NCBI RefSeq assembly: GCF_009914755.1
Contig: NC_060947.1
Length of the DNA: 64,000 nucleotides
Strand: one strand, 5' to 3'
Source of the DNA: the human T2T-CHM13v2.0 reference genome, Homo sapiens
The notes under the pieces were generated by a model that saw only the letters and a list, made by a program, of their open reading frames with translations, had not been told where the DNA came from and made no database searches. The position numbers and the translations under genes are program-made. Below are positions 19,846 through 34,967 of this stretch, piece by piece; position 1 is the first letter of the stretch, and every line of letters begins with the position of its first letter.

Positions 19846-20031
19846 AGAGAGAAGAAAATTATATGGAAGAGAAAAATGAAAGACAGCAAAGAAAAACAGG
19901 AGACAGTGGGTATATTGAAGAAAAGGAATACAAACAGGAGGGAGATAAGCAATTTCTGGTTTCCTAAATTGAAATTAAAAATTGGAGTGAAGGAGTAAAA
20001 CTATGTCAAATCATTTTAAAGAACTAATATC

Positions 20032-20342
20032 GGTTAGGCACGGAGGCTCATGCCTGTAGTCCCAGCACACTGGGAGGCTGAGGCAGGAGGATTGCTTGAG
20101 GACAGGGATTCAAGAACAGCCTGGGCAACATAGGCTGGTGTATGAGCTCCTATGTTTGAGACTCCATCTCTACAAAAAACTTTCTAAAAAATAAGCTGGG
20201 TGTGGTGGTGCACATCTGTGGTCCCAGCTACTCCAGAGGCTGAGGTGAGAGGATCACTTGATTGCAGGAATTCAATGCTGTATTGAGCTATGATCACACC
20301 ACTGCACTCCAGCCTGGGTGACAGATCGATGTCTCTTTAAAA
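20032..20342 (+). mobile_element. Alu (AluJ-like) with an internal insertion of about 24 bp
   Basis: Dimer with extra bases at about 20134-20156. Confidence 0.9.
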
Positions 20343-20383
20343 CAATTATTATCATGGTGAAAATAAATGCAAAGAAGACCTTA

Positions 20384-20599
20384 CAGATACTCCTTGACTT
20401 AAGACAGGATCATATTTAATACACTTAACTTACCAAACATGATAGCTTGGCCTAGCCTACCTTAAACATGATCAAAACCCATACATTAGCCTATAGTTGG
20501 GCAAAATCATCCAAAACAAAAGCTAATGTGTATCATTTTCACAACATCCTAAAGTTGAATCATCATAAGTCAAAACATCGTTAAGTTGGGAACTGTCTG
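20384..20599 (+). mobile_element. Tigger4a (MER46/Zombi) DNA transposon
   Basis: TA|CAGATACTCCTTGACTTAA...TTAAGTTGGGAACTGTCTG|TA: terminal inverted repeats and TA TSD. Confidence 0.85.
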
Positions 20600-20999
20600 T
20601 ACTTGTGTTTAACGTTATTTACCACATTTTCCCCGAGATGTGGAACCAAAGCCTCTCTCAAGCAAATAACTAATGAGTAGAAACGTAATAAACTGCTGCC
20701 ACTTCCTCCTCTAGAACAAAATGGAATAAAGATGAGAAAAGAGTCGTCTGCAGAACCACGTTAGTGTACATTAGTAGAGGAGAGGAAAAATAGAACCCCA
20801 ACTTTGTAACCCCTGACGTTGTTCATGGTGTACGATGCCACTGTTGGAAATCAGAACAGTTTGGTCAGATCTGGGGTGATTTCTATACACATCTTTTCAC
20901 CTGAATTGTCTGAAAGCCAGGTCTTCAGAACGTACATGGAGGATCTGTCTGCAAGGCCATACCTTGCCCAGGGATAGAGGGAAAGAAGGCAAATATCTC

Positions 21000-21313
<314 letters not shown>

Positions 21314-21481
21314 AAGGCAAAGATCTTAAGGGGCTAACTCCACCTCTCAACACAATCAGCATATTAGGAAAAGCCTAACTTTTAATGTTCCTGCTAACAC
21401 AACAATAGCACACCGTAGGAGTCTTTAAAACAAAACTAACTCCAAGACCTACACAAAAACAGAAACTTCATAGTGCAGTTC

Positions 21482-21797
21482 TATTTTTTATTTATTTTTA
21501 ACAGGTTATTTATTGAGACAAGGTCTCACTCGGTCATCCAGGCAGGAGTGCAGTGGTGCAATCTTGGCTCACTGCAGCCTTGACTGCCCAGGCTCAAACA
21601 ATCGTCCCGTCCTGGCCTCCTGAGTAACTGGAACTATAGGTGCATGCCACTACACTCGGCTAATTGAAAAAAAAAACTGTAGAGATGGGGTCTTGCTTTG
21701 TTGCCTAGGCTGGTCTCAAACTCCTGGGCTCAAGCAATCCTCCTGTTTCAGCCTCCCAAAGTGCTGGGATTACAGGTGTGAGCCACCACGCTCAGCC
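21482..21797 (-). mobile_element. Alu (AluJ-like)
   Basis: Antisense dimer. Confidence 0.93.
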
Positions 21798-21799
21798 TA

Positions 21800-22418
21800 T
21801 TTTTATTTTTAATTGTGGTTAAAAAAAATAGCAAACTTTACCATCTTGACCATTTTTAAGTGTAGAGTTCAATAGTGTTAAGTCTGTTCACATTGTTGTG
21901 CAGCAAATTTTTTCATCTTATGAAACTGAAACTCTATACCCCTTGAACAACAACTCCCCATTTCTCCCTTCTCCCAGCCCCTGGCAATCACCACTCTACA
22001 TTCTGTTTCTATAAATTAGACTACTTTAGATACCTCATATACATGGAATCATACAGTGTTTGTCTTTTTGTGACTGACATTTCATTTAACAAAATGTCCT
22101 CAAAGTTCATTCACATTGTAGCATGTGATAGCCTTTTTAAAGACTGAATCATATTCTATTGTATGTATATGACACATTTTGTTTATCCATTCATCCATGG
22201 ATGGAGGTTTAATTTGTTTCTACCTCTTGGCCATTGTGAATAATGCTTCCATGAACATATGTGTGCAAACATCTCTGAGATCCTGCTTTCAATTCTTTTG
22301 GATAGATACCCAGCAGTGGGATTGCTGGATCACATTGTAATTCTATTTTAAAAGTTTTGAGGAACCTCCTTTCTGTTATCCACAGTGGCTGTGCCATTTT
22401 ACATTCCCATCAACAGTG
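21800..22418 (-). mobile_element. L1MB-like 3' end
   Basis: ORF 22209-22397 (DPAIPLLGIYPKELK) and an old L1 3'UTR. Confidence 0.88.
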
Positions 22419-23701
22419 ATAGTGTAGCTATATTAAACCAAAATAACTATTGGACCAAACTGCAGAGATAGCCAGGGATAAAGATAGCTAGAGTCAGCAT
22501 GCGGGGGTTCTCTAATAAGGTATCTTTGTTAAAGATCGCTAGTAGTAGAGCACTCACTCATCAAATCAAGAACATACAAAATACCCAGAAGAGGTCACCT
22601 AGTATTTACACAATCATTAATGTCTTTGATCTATCAGATTTCCATGGGCACAGGCACTGGGAACTTAAGGAACCACATAAAACAAGACATTTTAATGAAA
22701 GTCCATTGTAGGGATCTTCTGCTGAATGGAAGTTTTCTGATTTTGGTATTGCTCTATATGCTTTGCAGAGCAAGAAGAAATCAAAATGCTTTAAAAATCA
22801 TTGGCGTATTTTCATATGCATTTTAAGACTCTATGCTAGCCTGAAAAGCAGTGTATAATATTTCTCTCCCGTGGATGTCAGAGACATATTCCAGACAGAA
22901 TTTGTACTTCATCTATGTTGTAGCTGCTGCTTTAGACCCCCTTAGTATTCCTAGTCATGCATTTGGCTTTACATCTTGGTATTTCCTCTGCATGCTTCCA
23001 AAGCCCACAGAGAACAGCAAATGGCACTCTGAAGCTAACCCTCTACTGTTTTCCAGGGTGTCATGTCATTTCCAGCAGTTAACTGAAGCCACATGGATGG
23101 CTGTGATCAACTACAAAGAAAACCTATCTGAGTACTCCCCCTTCCCCAGTTCAGTCCCCTGTCCCAAAGGTAAGATGAATAAGTGGGTTTGGGTAATATT
23201 GCATGGCTACCTACAAGTTAAATATACACTGAAAATACAGGCACAGACAAAGATATAGGCATGAGGCGAGAGAGGGAGGGAGAAAAGAAAGGAGGGAGGC
23301 AGAGGCAGACAAAGACAGAAACAGAGAGAAATAGAACAGCCTCCACTCTTGGAGAGTTTTTGAAACAAGAAAAACCCTTGAAACACTCTTGGAAGGCAGG
23401 TAAGAGGATACTGGTTCTGCCTTGCTTGGATCAGAGGTGCAATGCCCCATTGTCCCTCTTTTCTTTGACATTTGTCACTGTAGTGACTCTTACCTGGTTT
23501 CTATGAGTAAATGGTTACAGTCAAGTTAGCATTTCTCTTAAACTTCGTATCTTTCTCTTCTATCTGTTCTTCCCCAGCACAGGTATGGCCTGAATACAAT
23601 GGATCTCATTAAGGCCTACTGGCAACCAGGTGATACTGCCCACTGATGCCACATTCTACTCCACTGATACCATACTGTCACATTTTCCTTTACCAAAATG
23701 A

Positions 23702-24146
<445 letters not shown>

Positions 24147-24362
24147 TCAGGCCGTTTTGGTTTTCCTCCTTCTTTTCCAATCATTAACTCTCTACTGTGA
24201 CTGTAGGTGCTTTCCTGTCCAGGTATCTTGCTTTGGGAATCTTCATCCAGGGACGCTTAAAGAATTTTTTAAATGATGTTTTCTTTTTCTTTTTATGAGA
24301 ATATTTATAAAGGGAGGGTATTTGGCCTCGCAAATACTTGCCTTCAATGTGTCATCTTTAAT

Positions 24363-24383
24363 GAGAGACAGACAGACAGACAG

Positions 24384-24440
<57 letters not shown>
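24363..24440. repeat. Compound microsatellite (GACA)n(CA)n(GA)n
   Basis: Visible directly. Confidence 0.95.
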
Positions 24441-24924
24441 TTGGCTGATTCCAAGGCCTTACTACTGGAGATAAAGGGAGAAGGGTGAAATGTAGAGTTC
24501 AAGGGTGAGAAATCACCTCTGTACTTCTTTTCATAGGAAATAGCCTGAGGCTGTCGCAGCCCCAATTCCATCATGCTGGTAATGCCTAGGACAGAGAGGA
24601 GTATCTATTCGGGGAGGTAGTGGTATTTGAGGTAGTGGAAGATAGGAGAGAGACAAGTTTGAAAGAGAAATATTTTGGTTCTCCCTATTACCATAGGCTG
24701 TGTAAGACTTTAAAATGGTTGTGCCAGCAGCAAACTAGATGTGGGAGCTGTCAAGAGGAAGAGCTAGGGGTGGCAGTTTCAGGGTGCCAGGAAGTATTGA
24801 AGGGGACTGAAAAGCTGCTTTCAAAGAATATTAAGTGCCATCCCAGCACCAGGATCCTCCCAATAGGCCCCTGGCTGGCAAAAAGGTGTAGCCTGGCTCA
24901 AAACAGCCCCATGATCACGATGGT

Positions 24925-25450
24925 CAGCATCATTATGATCACAGCTATATCTTGATAAGAGTTATGTTCCCAGTGCTGCACATGCATTAATTTACTTTTT
25001 CACTATCCCATGAAGTAGTCCTGTTACTACCCCATTGAAAAGTGCTGAAACAGAGACTCAAAGACTTTAAGAAATCTTCCCGAGGGTGCACACCTAGCAA
25101 TGGCTAAAGCCGGGAAGAAAACCCAAAATGGTTTCATTCTGAGGCCTGTGGGTCTTGACTTACTTCCTCCTCTATTGCTTCCCAAACAATAACAGCAAAA
25201 GGAAATGTAACTGTAGGGGTTGTTTCCCAAAGTTTTTTAAATTAAAAAGTGTATAAGTGGCTTTTAGAAAGATGTCAACAAAACAGAGGCAATGTAGTAC
25301 AGGTGCTGACCGTGAAATCAGAAGACCTAGGCTGTTGTTTCAGCTTTGCGTTAAGAACTAAGTACCACTAACTCCATTTTGGCTTTAGTTTCCCTGTCTG
25401 TGAAATGAAGAGCTGGAGACAATCTTGACAAAGACCCCCAGCTCTCTGAG
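24925..25450. mobile_element. Two MIR fragments (about 24925-25165 minus, about 25285-25450 plus)
   Basis: MIR core-like motifs, e.g. TTTAGTTTCCCTGTCTGTGAAATG. Confidence 0.55.
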
Positions 25451-25514
25451 GCAAACAGTGTGCAATTATTTTAAAGGTGGGAGAACAGAAACAACTCTTA
25501 AAAATGCCAAAACA

Positions 25515-25803
25515 GGCGGGGTGCGGTGGCTCACGCCTGCAAACCCAATGCTTTGGGAGGCAGAGGCAAGAGAATTGCTTGAGCCCAGGAGTTCAAGACC
25601 AGACTGGGCAACATAGTGAAATTCCGTCTCTACAAAAAATACAAAAATTAGCCAGGTAGTATGGCATGCACCTGGTTTCAGCTACTTGGGAAGCTGAGGT
25701 GGGAGGATCGCTTGAGCCTGGAGATTGAGACTGCAGTGAACCATGATCACACCACTGCACTCCAGTGTGAGCAACAGAGCAAGACCCTGTCTCAAAAAAA
25801 AAC
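25515..25803 (+). mobile_element. Alu (AluJ-like)
   Basis: Dimer; TSD GCCAAAACA. Confidence 0.94.
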
Positions 25804-26538
25804 AGAAAGCCAAAACACTAAGTATTAATATCAGTCAGGTGTAAACACTAGTCTTAGACCCATTCACAAAACTGATTATGCAGCAGAGCCTCCCCCCATC
25901 CATGAGCACTGGATGCTCTCTGCAGGAAACAATGTTCAGATGCTATTTAATCACTCACGCTCTCCTCACATGCCTAAGTGCTGCAGACAAATAGAGTTTC
26001 ACTCTGGCTGCTCAAATCTCTTCAGACTGCCAGTATGCTTCCAGTACTTCCAAATATATCTTAAATATTATATATTTTAAAAGAAATCTTGAATTCTCCA
26101 ATGGCCTGGTCCACTTTTGCATATAAACATCAAGAAAACTTCTTGGGTTTTCCTTGAGTTTTACTAATCTTATTTCTATTCCTTTTTGCTTATTTGCTTA
26201 TATAACTTATACTTTTCACCTATTGACACAAGACCATCCAGGATATTCTAATTTTCTCTTTTCAGAATTTTAAACAGTTTTGTGGCAATCTTCCAATCAT
26301 GTTTAGTGATAAAGGTAACAGATATTCCTGTCATTTCTGCTTTTCTGGAACACCACACTCAGTGGACCTATTATTCAATGTTCTGGGGGAAGTCATAGAT
26401 GAGTGTGACATTATGAACAATACGAACTTGGGGTGCTAGACTGGTAGCAATCAGTATTGTCACTTTTCCTTTTTTAGAGTACTTTAATGCTTACCCTCCT
26501 TTCTCTGTTCTCTATTGCCATAAAGAAATTGTCTTGGT

Positions 26539-26832
26539 GGCCACATGTGGTGGTTCATACCTATAAACCTAGTACTTTGGAAGTCTGAGGCAGGTGGATC
26601 GCTTGAACCCAGGAGTTTGAGACTAGCATGGGCAACATGGCGAGACCTCCATCTCTACAAAAAGTCAAAAAACTTAGCCAGGCATGGTGATGCACACCTG
26701 TAGTGCAAGCTACTCAGGAGGCTGAGGTGGGAGGATTGCCTGAGCCTAAGAGTTAGAAGCTGCAGTGAGCCAAGATCGTGCCACTACACTCCAGCCTGGG
26801 TGACAGAATGAGACTGTGTCTCAAAAAAAGAA
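26539..26832 (+). mobile_element. Alu (AluJ-like)
   Basis: Dimer; TSD AAGAAATTGTCTTGGT / AAGATATTGTCCTGGT. Confidence 0.94.
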
Positions 26833-27445
26833 GAAAGATATTGTCCTGGTATGCCTGGGTCACTCAGATCACTTGGGAAATAATCAGAAACAACTTTTTT
26901 GCTGACAAACATGATGACTTTGTATTTGGGAGATATGTTCTCTAGGAGTATTTGGCTAAAAGATTATTTCCCTTCACCTGTGGTAACAATTATATTTTGT
27001 TTCACTGTGTTTGCATCAACTAGGTCCAAAGTACATATATATGTATATGAGTTTGTACTTATACAGTGCATATATAGTTATATAGCACACACATTTTGGA
27101 TCATATATACATATATATGTGTGAATATATGTATATTCATAAGGCTCTTATAAGTAAGATTGTGCAAGTCAATGGATAGGGTCTGGCCAAGCTGTACTTC
27201 CCCTAAGAGTCTGTTTGTCTGTCTGTCTGAACATACATCTAATACAATTTGCATTATCTGGCATTAAAATCCATGCCTAGCATCTTATATGCTTTGTATA
27301 AGATCAAGTAAATCAGGTTTTCAGGTTGACAGAGTTATTCATTTACAGATCATCCAGTCTTTCAAGAATTTCAACACTGATTTCTATACCTTTGATAAAG
27401 TCTTGAATTTTTCCCTCTCTGTTTCCATCACCACATATACAAATG

Positions 27446-27446
<1 letters not shown>

Positions 27447-27478
<32 letters not shown>

Positions 27479-27762
27479 AGTCAGGGTCTTGCTGTGTTTC
27501 CCAGGCTGGAGTACAGTGGCGTGATCATAGCTCACTGCAACCTCGAACTCCTGGGCTCAAGCCATCCTCCTGCCTCAGCCTTCTGAATAGCCAGGACTAC
27601 ATGCAGGTTTGACCATGCCCGCCTAATTAAAATAAATGTTTTTTGTAGAGATGGGGTTTCACCATGTTGCCCAGGCTGGTCTCTAACTCCTGGCACCCAA
27701 GTGATTCTCCCACCTCAGCCTCCCATAGTGCTGGGATTGCAGGCATGAGCTTCTGTGCCCAC
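27447..27762 (-). mobile_element. Alu (AluJ-like)
   Basis: Long poly(T) followed by an antisense dimer. Confidence 0.94.
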
Positions 27763-27789
27763 CTATGCAAACACTTTTAAGGCTATCAT

Positions 27790-28232
27790 GTGTCCTCTAG
27801 CTCGGATCTTTGTCCCCACCAAACCTCATGCTGAAATGTGATCTCCAGTGTTAGAGGTGGGGCCTAATGGGAGGTGTTTGGGTCATGGAGGCTGTTCCCT
27901 CATGAGTAGATTCATGTCCTCTCTGGCAGGTGGCTGGGGTGAGTGAGTTCTCACTCTATTGATTCCCACAAAAGCTGGTTGTGATAAACAGCTTGGCACC
28001 TCTCTTCTCCCTCTCTCTTGCTTCCTCTCTTACCATGTGATCTCTGTACACACTGACTCCCCCTTGCCTTCCACCATAAGTGGAAGTAGCCTGGAGCCCT
28101 CACCAGAAGCAGACATTGGTGCAATGCTTCTTGTACAGCCTACAGAACTGTGGGTCAAATAAACCTCTTTTCATTATAAATCACCGAGCTTCAGGTATTC
28201 CTTTACAGCAACACAAATGGAATAGGACAAGA
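27790..28232 (+). mobile_element. MaLR LTR (MST family)
   Basis: GAGGTGGGGCCTAATGGGAGGTGTTTGGGTCATGG...AATAAACCTCTTTTC...GGACAAGAC. Confidence 0.85.
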
Positions 28233-28245
28233 CGAATAGTTAGAG

Positions 28246-28470
28246 CAGTGGTGTCCAATCTTTTGGCTTCCTTGGGCCACAGTGGAAGAAGAAGAATTGT
28301 CTTGGGCCACACATAAAATACATTAACACTAATGATAGCTGATGAGCTACAAAAAGCAATTGCAAAAAAATCTCTTAATGTTTTAAGGAAGCTTACAAAT
28401 TTGTGTTGGGCCGCATTCAACACTATCCTGGGTCGCATGAGGCCCATGGGCCACAGGTGGAACAAGCTTG
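28246..28470 (+). mobile_element. MER30 (hAT-Charlie) DNA transposon
   Basis: GGTGTCCAATCTTTTGGCTTCCTTGGGCCAC...GGAACAAGCTTG. Confidence 0.85.
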
Positions 28471-28711
28471 ATTTAGAACATTCAGCCTCTTTTTGAAGAG
28501 CTAATACTCTAGTAGGTGTAAGAACTACAATGCCAAGCCCATTCCTTTTCTCATTTAAGGAAAATGAGTCTAGGCATTGTACAAGACAGTGTCTTCTCTC
28601 TTCCAGTTTGGTAATCATAACATCTATTGACTGAAGAACTATTGGTTATATCTGTGACAGAGTTGGAGTTGGCATTAGAAACATGCCTTTTTGTGTTTTT
28701 CATAACCTCAG

Positions 28712-29020
28712 GGCTGGGCGTGGTGGCTCATGCCTGTAATCCCAGCACTTTGGGAGGCCAAGGTGGGCAGATCACCTGAGGTCAGGAGTTCAAGATCAGC
28801 CTGGCCAACATGGTGAAACCCCATCTCTACTAAAATTACAAAAATTAGCTGGACATGGCGGGTGCCTGTAATCCCAGCTACTTGGGAGGCTGAGGCAGGA
28901 GAATAGCTTGAACCTGGGAGACGGAGGTTGCAGTGAGCCAAGACCGCGGCCACTGCACTCCAGCCTGGGCAACAAGAGCAACACTCCATCTCAAAAAATA
29001 AAGAAAGAAATAAAAAATAA
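28712..29020 (+). mobile_element. Alu (AluSq-like)
   Basis: Dimer; TSD ATAACCTCAGG / ATAACTTCAGG. Confidence 0.95.
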
Positions 29021-29406
29021 ATAACTTCAGGATAAAACTTAGACATCATAAAATTTGCAAGTGAGATGGGATGAGACCTTTTTCACCATCTTTCAAGTCT
29101 TCACACATTACATTACACTTTTCCTATCTCCAGTTGTCTGCTTGCACTTATGACATTGGACTTACTGCTGACTATACATAAACATTTCTACTAATCTGAG
29201 GTAAATCTGCCCACTTTTGTTTTTCCCACTATATAATATGTGCTAGAATTTGGACCCATACTATCCATGGCTGATTTTCTATAACAATGTTGTAGTCTTT
29301 GTTAAATTTTTTACAACAGAAAGTGGGAATGCAACAGTACCAACACTGGATTCTGAATTGTAGTTTTATTCTAGTTTTTAATAACAATATTGTCTAACAT
29401 TGTTTA

Positions 29407-29737
<331 letters not shown>

Positions 29738-30122
29738 TTATTGAGATATCATGGAACATCTAAAAAATTCATTCGTTTAAAGTCTACATTTTAGTGGTTT
29801 TTAGCACATTACTAAATTGTGAAATGATCACCAATATTTAATTTTAAAACATTTCCATCACTCTCAAAACAAATCCTGTACTCATTAGCAGTCACTCCCT
29901 AGTTCCCTTTCCACCCAGGTTCTAGTAACCACTAATCTATTTGGTGACTGTAACATTCATCTATACTGGAAATTTTATATAAATGGAGTCATATAGTATG
30001 TGGTCTCTACTGACTTGCTTCTTTCACTTAGCATTGATATTTTCAGTGTTCATCCATGTTGTAACATGTATTTGTACTTCATTTCTTTTTATGGTCAAAT
30101 AATAATCCATTGTGTACATATA

Positions 30123-30486
30123 CAGTTGACCTTTTAACAATGTGGGGGCTAGGGGAACTGACCTCCTGTGCAGTAAAAAGTTCAAGTATAGGCTGGGCAT
30201 GATGGCTCACGCCTGTAATCCCAGCACTTTGAGAAGCTCAGGCAGGAGGATTGCTTGAGCCCTGGAATTTGAGACCAGCCTAGGCCAACATGGTGAAACT
30301 CCATCTTTACTAAAGATACAAAAATCAGCCAGGCATGGAGGTGCATGCCTGTACTCCCCAGCCATTTGGGAGGCTGTGAGGTGGGAGGATTGCTTGAGCC
30401 AGGGAGTTCAAGGCTGCAGTGAGCCTTGATTGCATCACTGCACTCTAGCCTGGACAACAGAGTGAGAATCTGCCAAAAGAAAGAAA

Positions 30487-30563
<77 letters not shown>

Positions 30564-30993
30564 AAATATAATTTTTGACTCCCCTAAAACTTAACTGTTA
30601 ATAGCCTACTGTTGACCAGCAGCCTTACCAATAACATAAACAGTTGATTGTCACAGATTTTGTATGTGATGTGTAAGCTAGAGAAAAGAAAATGTTATTA
30701 AGAAAATCATAAGTAAGAGAAAAGACATTTACTATTCATTAAATGGAAATGGATCATCATAAAGGCCTTCATCCTCATTGTCTTCACATTGAGTAGGCTG
30801 AGGAGGAGGAGGAAGAGGAAGAGGAAGAGTTGGTTTTGCTGTCTCAGGGGTGGCAGAGGCAGAAATGGAGGAGGTGGAAGAGGTAACAAGAGAGGCAGGC
30901 ACATTCAGTGTAAATTTTATTGAAAAAAAAAATCACGTATAAGTGGACCCATGCAGTTCAAACCCATGTCGTTCAAGGTTCAAGGGTCAACTG
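30123..30993 (+). mobile_element. Tigger2-derived element (Tigger2a/MER28-like)
   Basis: TIRs TA|CAGTTGACCTTTTAAC and TTCAAGGGTCAACTG; interrupted by an Alu. Confidence 0.85.
30191..30565 (+). mobile_element. Alu (AluJ-like) with (GAAA)n microsatellite tail
   Basis: Dimer; about 90 bp of GAAA repeat at 30476-30565. Confidence 0.94.
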
Positions 30994-31711
30994 CACCACA
31001 TATTCATTATCCATTCATCAGTTGAGGGGCATTTAGGTTCCTTCTATTTTTTAGCTATTAGGAATAATGCTGCTGTAAAACGTTTGTGCACAAGTTGTGT
31101 AGACAGGTTTTTCAATTTGCTGGTGTATATACCAAGGAGTGGAACTGCTAGATCATTTTGTAGCTATATGTTTAACTTTGTGAGGAGTTACCACGCTGTT
31201 TTTCAAAGTGGTTGCACCATTTTACAATTCCAGCAGAAGCTATGAAGGTTCTACTTTCTCCATATCCTTATTAGCACTTTTCTAGTCTGCTTCTGATTTT
31301 AGCTATCCTACTGGGTTTGAAGTAGTATCTCATTGTGCTTTTGATTTGCTTTTCCCTAATGACTAATGAAGTTGAGAGTCTTATGTGTTTATTGGCCATT
31401 TATATATCTTCCTTGGATACAAGTCTATTCAGATACTTTGCTCATTCTTTTAATAGCAACCAACCTTGTTTCCTGGAAATTTGCTGAATTCACCTATTAC
31501 TTCTTCCTTCATGTATAAAGGCTGTACTTTCCTGTTTCTCTGTGTGCCCTATAATTTTGTTGAAAACTCAATGTTTAAAATAATATGGCAACTCTGGAAA
31601 TCAGATTCTCCCCCAGGGTTTGTTGTTTCTCTTTGTTGTTCTTGTTGCTGCTGCTGTTTGTTTGTTTAATAACCTTTCAGAATTAATTATGTTATGTCTA
31701 TAATTTTTTCT

Positions 31712-32000
31712 AATTTTTGAAACAGGGTCTCACTCTGTTGTCCAAACTGGAGTGTAGTGGTGCAATCATGGTCCATTATCCCCTTGACCTCCCAGGCTCA
31801 AGCAAACCTTCTACCTCAGCTTCCCAAGTAGCTGGGACCAGAGGCACATGCCACCACACCCAGCTAATTTTTATATTTTTTTGAAGAGATGGGGTTTCCC
31901 CATGTTGCCCAGGCTGGTCTTAACTCCTGGGCTCAAGCAATCCTCCCACCTTGGCCTCCCAAAGTGCTGGGATTACAGGCATGAGCCACCATGCCCATCC
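31712..32000 (-). mobile_element. Alu (AluJ-like)
   Basis: Antisense dimer; TSD TGTCTATAATTTT / TGTCTGTAATTTT. Confidence 0.93.
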
Positions 32001-32146
32001 TGTCTGTAATTTTTATTGTGTGTGGCCACCGAAGTCTCTGCTTGCTTAACCTAGTGGTCAGCTAATAATTGGACAGAGATCTCCTTTAATACCTTCAACC
32101 ACTAAGTCTCTCAGTCTTTGCTGAAGGTTTCATTTTATGGTTTGTC

Positions 32147-32314
32147 TTTTTTTTTTTTTTTTTTTTGAGACAGGGTCTTGCTCTGTCACCCAAGCTGGAG
32201 TGTAGTGGCAGGATCATAGCTCACAGCAGCCTCAAACTCTTGGGCTCAAGCAATCCTCCTGCCTCAGCTTCCCAAGTAGCTATGACTAGAGGCACAAGCA
32301 CCACTATGCTCAGC

Positions 32315-32347
<33 letters not shown>

Positions 32348-32465
32348 TTGAGGGAGACAAGTCTTATTATGTTGCCTAGACTGGTCTTGAACTCATGGCC
32401 TCAAACAATCTTCCTGCCTCAGCCTCTGAAAGTACTGGGATTACAGGCATGAGCCACCCTACCTG
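32147..32465 (-). mobile_element. Alu (AluJ-like) with expanded middle A tract
   Basis: Antisense dimer; about 27 T in the linker. Confidence 0.92.
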
Positions 32466-32933
32466 TCCCTTTGTTGAAGGTTTCTTCATGTGGATTGCGG
32501 CATAGCTTCAACACTCTGCCAGGCAGTTAGCAATTCTGCTTTAGCATTCATCTCCTGCATGTGCATAGCCTTAAGATCAGCCAGAGATGAGAGATTAGGG
32601 CCTTTATAGGACTTTCTTTGGCATGTGCACAAGTCTTGCATATGTCAGTGGATTTCTATGTCCCAAGAATATACTGGAGCTTTTCAAAGACCCTTTTGGG
32701 CATCTCATTCCCCAGTTTTTCCTTTTAACTTTCTTGGTCAGCCTCTTGTTAACCCCAACTGGTAACACCACCTCCAATGACTATGATACTAAGCCATCAT
32801 CACTTTTTTTTTCCCCACAAATGACCTAGGGATAAGACTGTTCACACAGAGTAACCTCTAAGCCAGATTAAATGAAGACAAATTCCGAGAATGGAGCTTT
32901 CCTGGGAACTGGCAGATGGGTCAAATAGTGATA

Positions 32934-33437
<504 letters not shown>

Positions 33438-33440
<3 letters not shown>

Positions 33441-33562
33441 TGGCCTCTACTCACTATATACTGGTAACACTCTCCCAATTATGATCACCAAAACTATGTG
33501 CAGACATTGTCAAAATCACCTGGGGAGCAAAGTCAGTCAGCCTAGGTAAGAACCATTTCCCT
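33438..33562 (+). mobile_element. MER20 3' half
   Basis: TGGCCTCTACTCACTA...CAGACATTGTCAAA...AAGAACCA motif. Confidence 0.65.
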
Positions 33563-33812
33563 GGAGTTACAGTCCAGCAAAGTAGGGCTGGAAACAGGGC
33601 TGATTCTCAGGATAATTGTAGATTAGCAGTGGGTTAAATGCTAAAAGCCTCAAGACTTAAAGGATTGACACTCTGACACTGAAATTTCCAGCTCTAGGTG
33701 GCCTTGAACCATGGTAACTATATATCCTCCTTCCCTCCCACCCTCCAAAAGTCTTGATTTCTCATCAGTTTATTCCTCTGGTGATATTGATTTGTGAAAC
33801 ATAGAAAATTGC

Positions 33813-34105
<293 letters not shown>

Positions 34106-34467
34106 TTAAAACTTGCTATTTCTATTACATATCTGGTACTCTTATTTTAACATAATCATGAACCAGAAGAAATGATCCCTTGGAAAACTATGTACCTTAA
34201 TTCTTGGTTGGAAATAAGTTATCTTGGGCTTCAAGGTCCTTGCTAAGCCTCAATGTGCTTTAATCCCATGTATTCAGGCCATCTGGGAGAGGGAATATTT
34301 TACCAGTGGCCTTTTAAAGATATCGTGCAGGTAGTGAGAGCTCCCCAAACCTTTTTATTGATCTCCTTGGATTATTTTCTATATCACACTGCCAGGCCAA
34401 CTCTTCTATCCTCTTCTGAAATGTTCAATCTTTTCCTTAATCAAATAGATTATGTTACCTCCATCTT

Positions 34468-34960
34468 TCATTCAATTCACTCTTTGGATATATATTTATT
34501 GAGGGCCTACTATGTGTCAGGCATTATGCTAAGTACTATTGATATAATAATTAAATAAAAATGACAAACTGGTTGGGCACAGAGGCTCATGCATGTAATC
34601 CCAGCACTTTGGGAGGCTGAGACAGGAAGACTACCTGAGTCCAGAAGTTCTGACACTGTCTCTTCAAAACAAAACAAAACAAAACAAAACTATTCCATGA
34701 CTTTATGGAATTTTTGTTCTAGGAATGTAATCAAGAGAAACCAATAATCTCATAAATGAAACAATTACAAAATGAGAGAAGCATATGAAAGAAGAAAAAC
34801 AGGGATTTAGATCGAGAATAGCAGGACATGCTGGTAGGAAGTCCTCTCAGAAAACATGATATGTAAGCTGAGATCTGAAAGATGAGAAGTACCAGCCATA
34901 GGAAAAGTGGAGAAAAACAAGTTCTAGGAAGAGAGACTGGCATGTTCAAGGGCCCTGAGT
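34468..34960 (-). mobile_element. L2 3' end containing a short Alu left-arm fragment (34570-34690, + strand, (CAAAA)n tail)
   Basis: TTCATTCAATTCA...ATTTATTGAGGGCCTACTATGTGTCAGGCA. Confidence 0.75.
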
Positions 34961-34967
34961 TAGCTCT

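Larger units (their letters stand above)
31455..32930 (-). mobile_element. Old L1M 5'-region-like sequence interrupted by two Alus
   Basis: GGCAACTCTGGAAATCAGATTCTCCCC and TGTGTGGCCACCGAAGTCTCTGCTT motifs recalled from old L1M 5' regions. Confidence 0.55.

Noticed and set aside
19339-19952. Overlapping Leu/Phe/Ser-rich and Lys/Glu/Gly-rich ORFs
   Set aside because: Artefacts of a GA-rich low-complexity tract and an Alu monomer.
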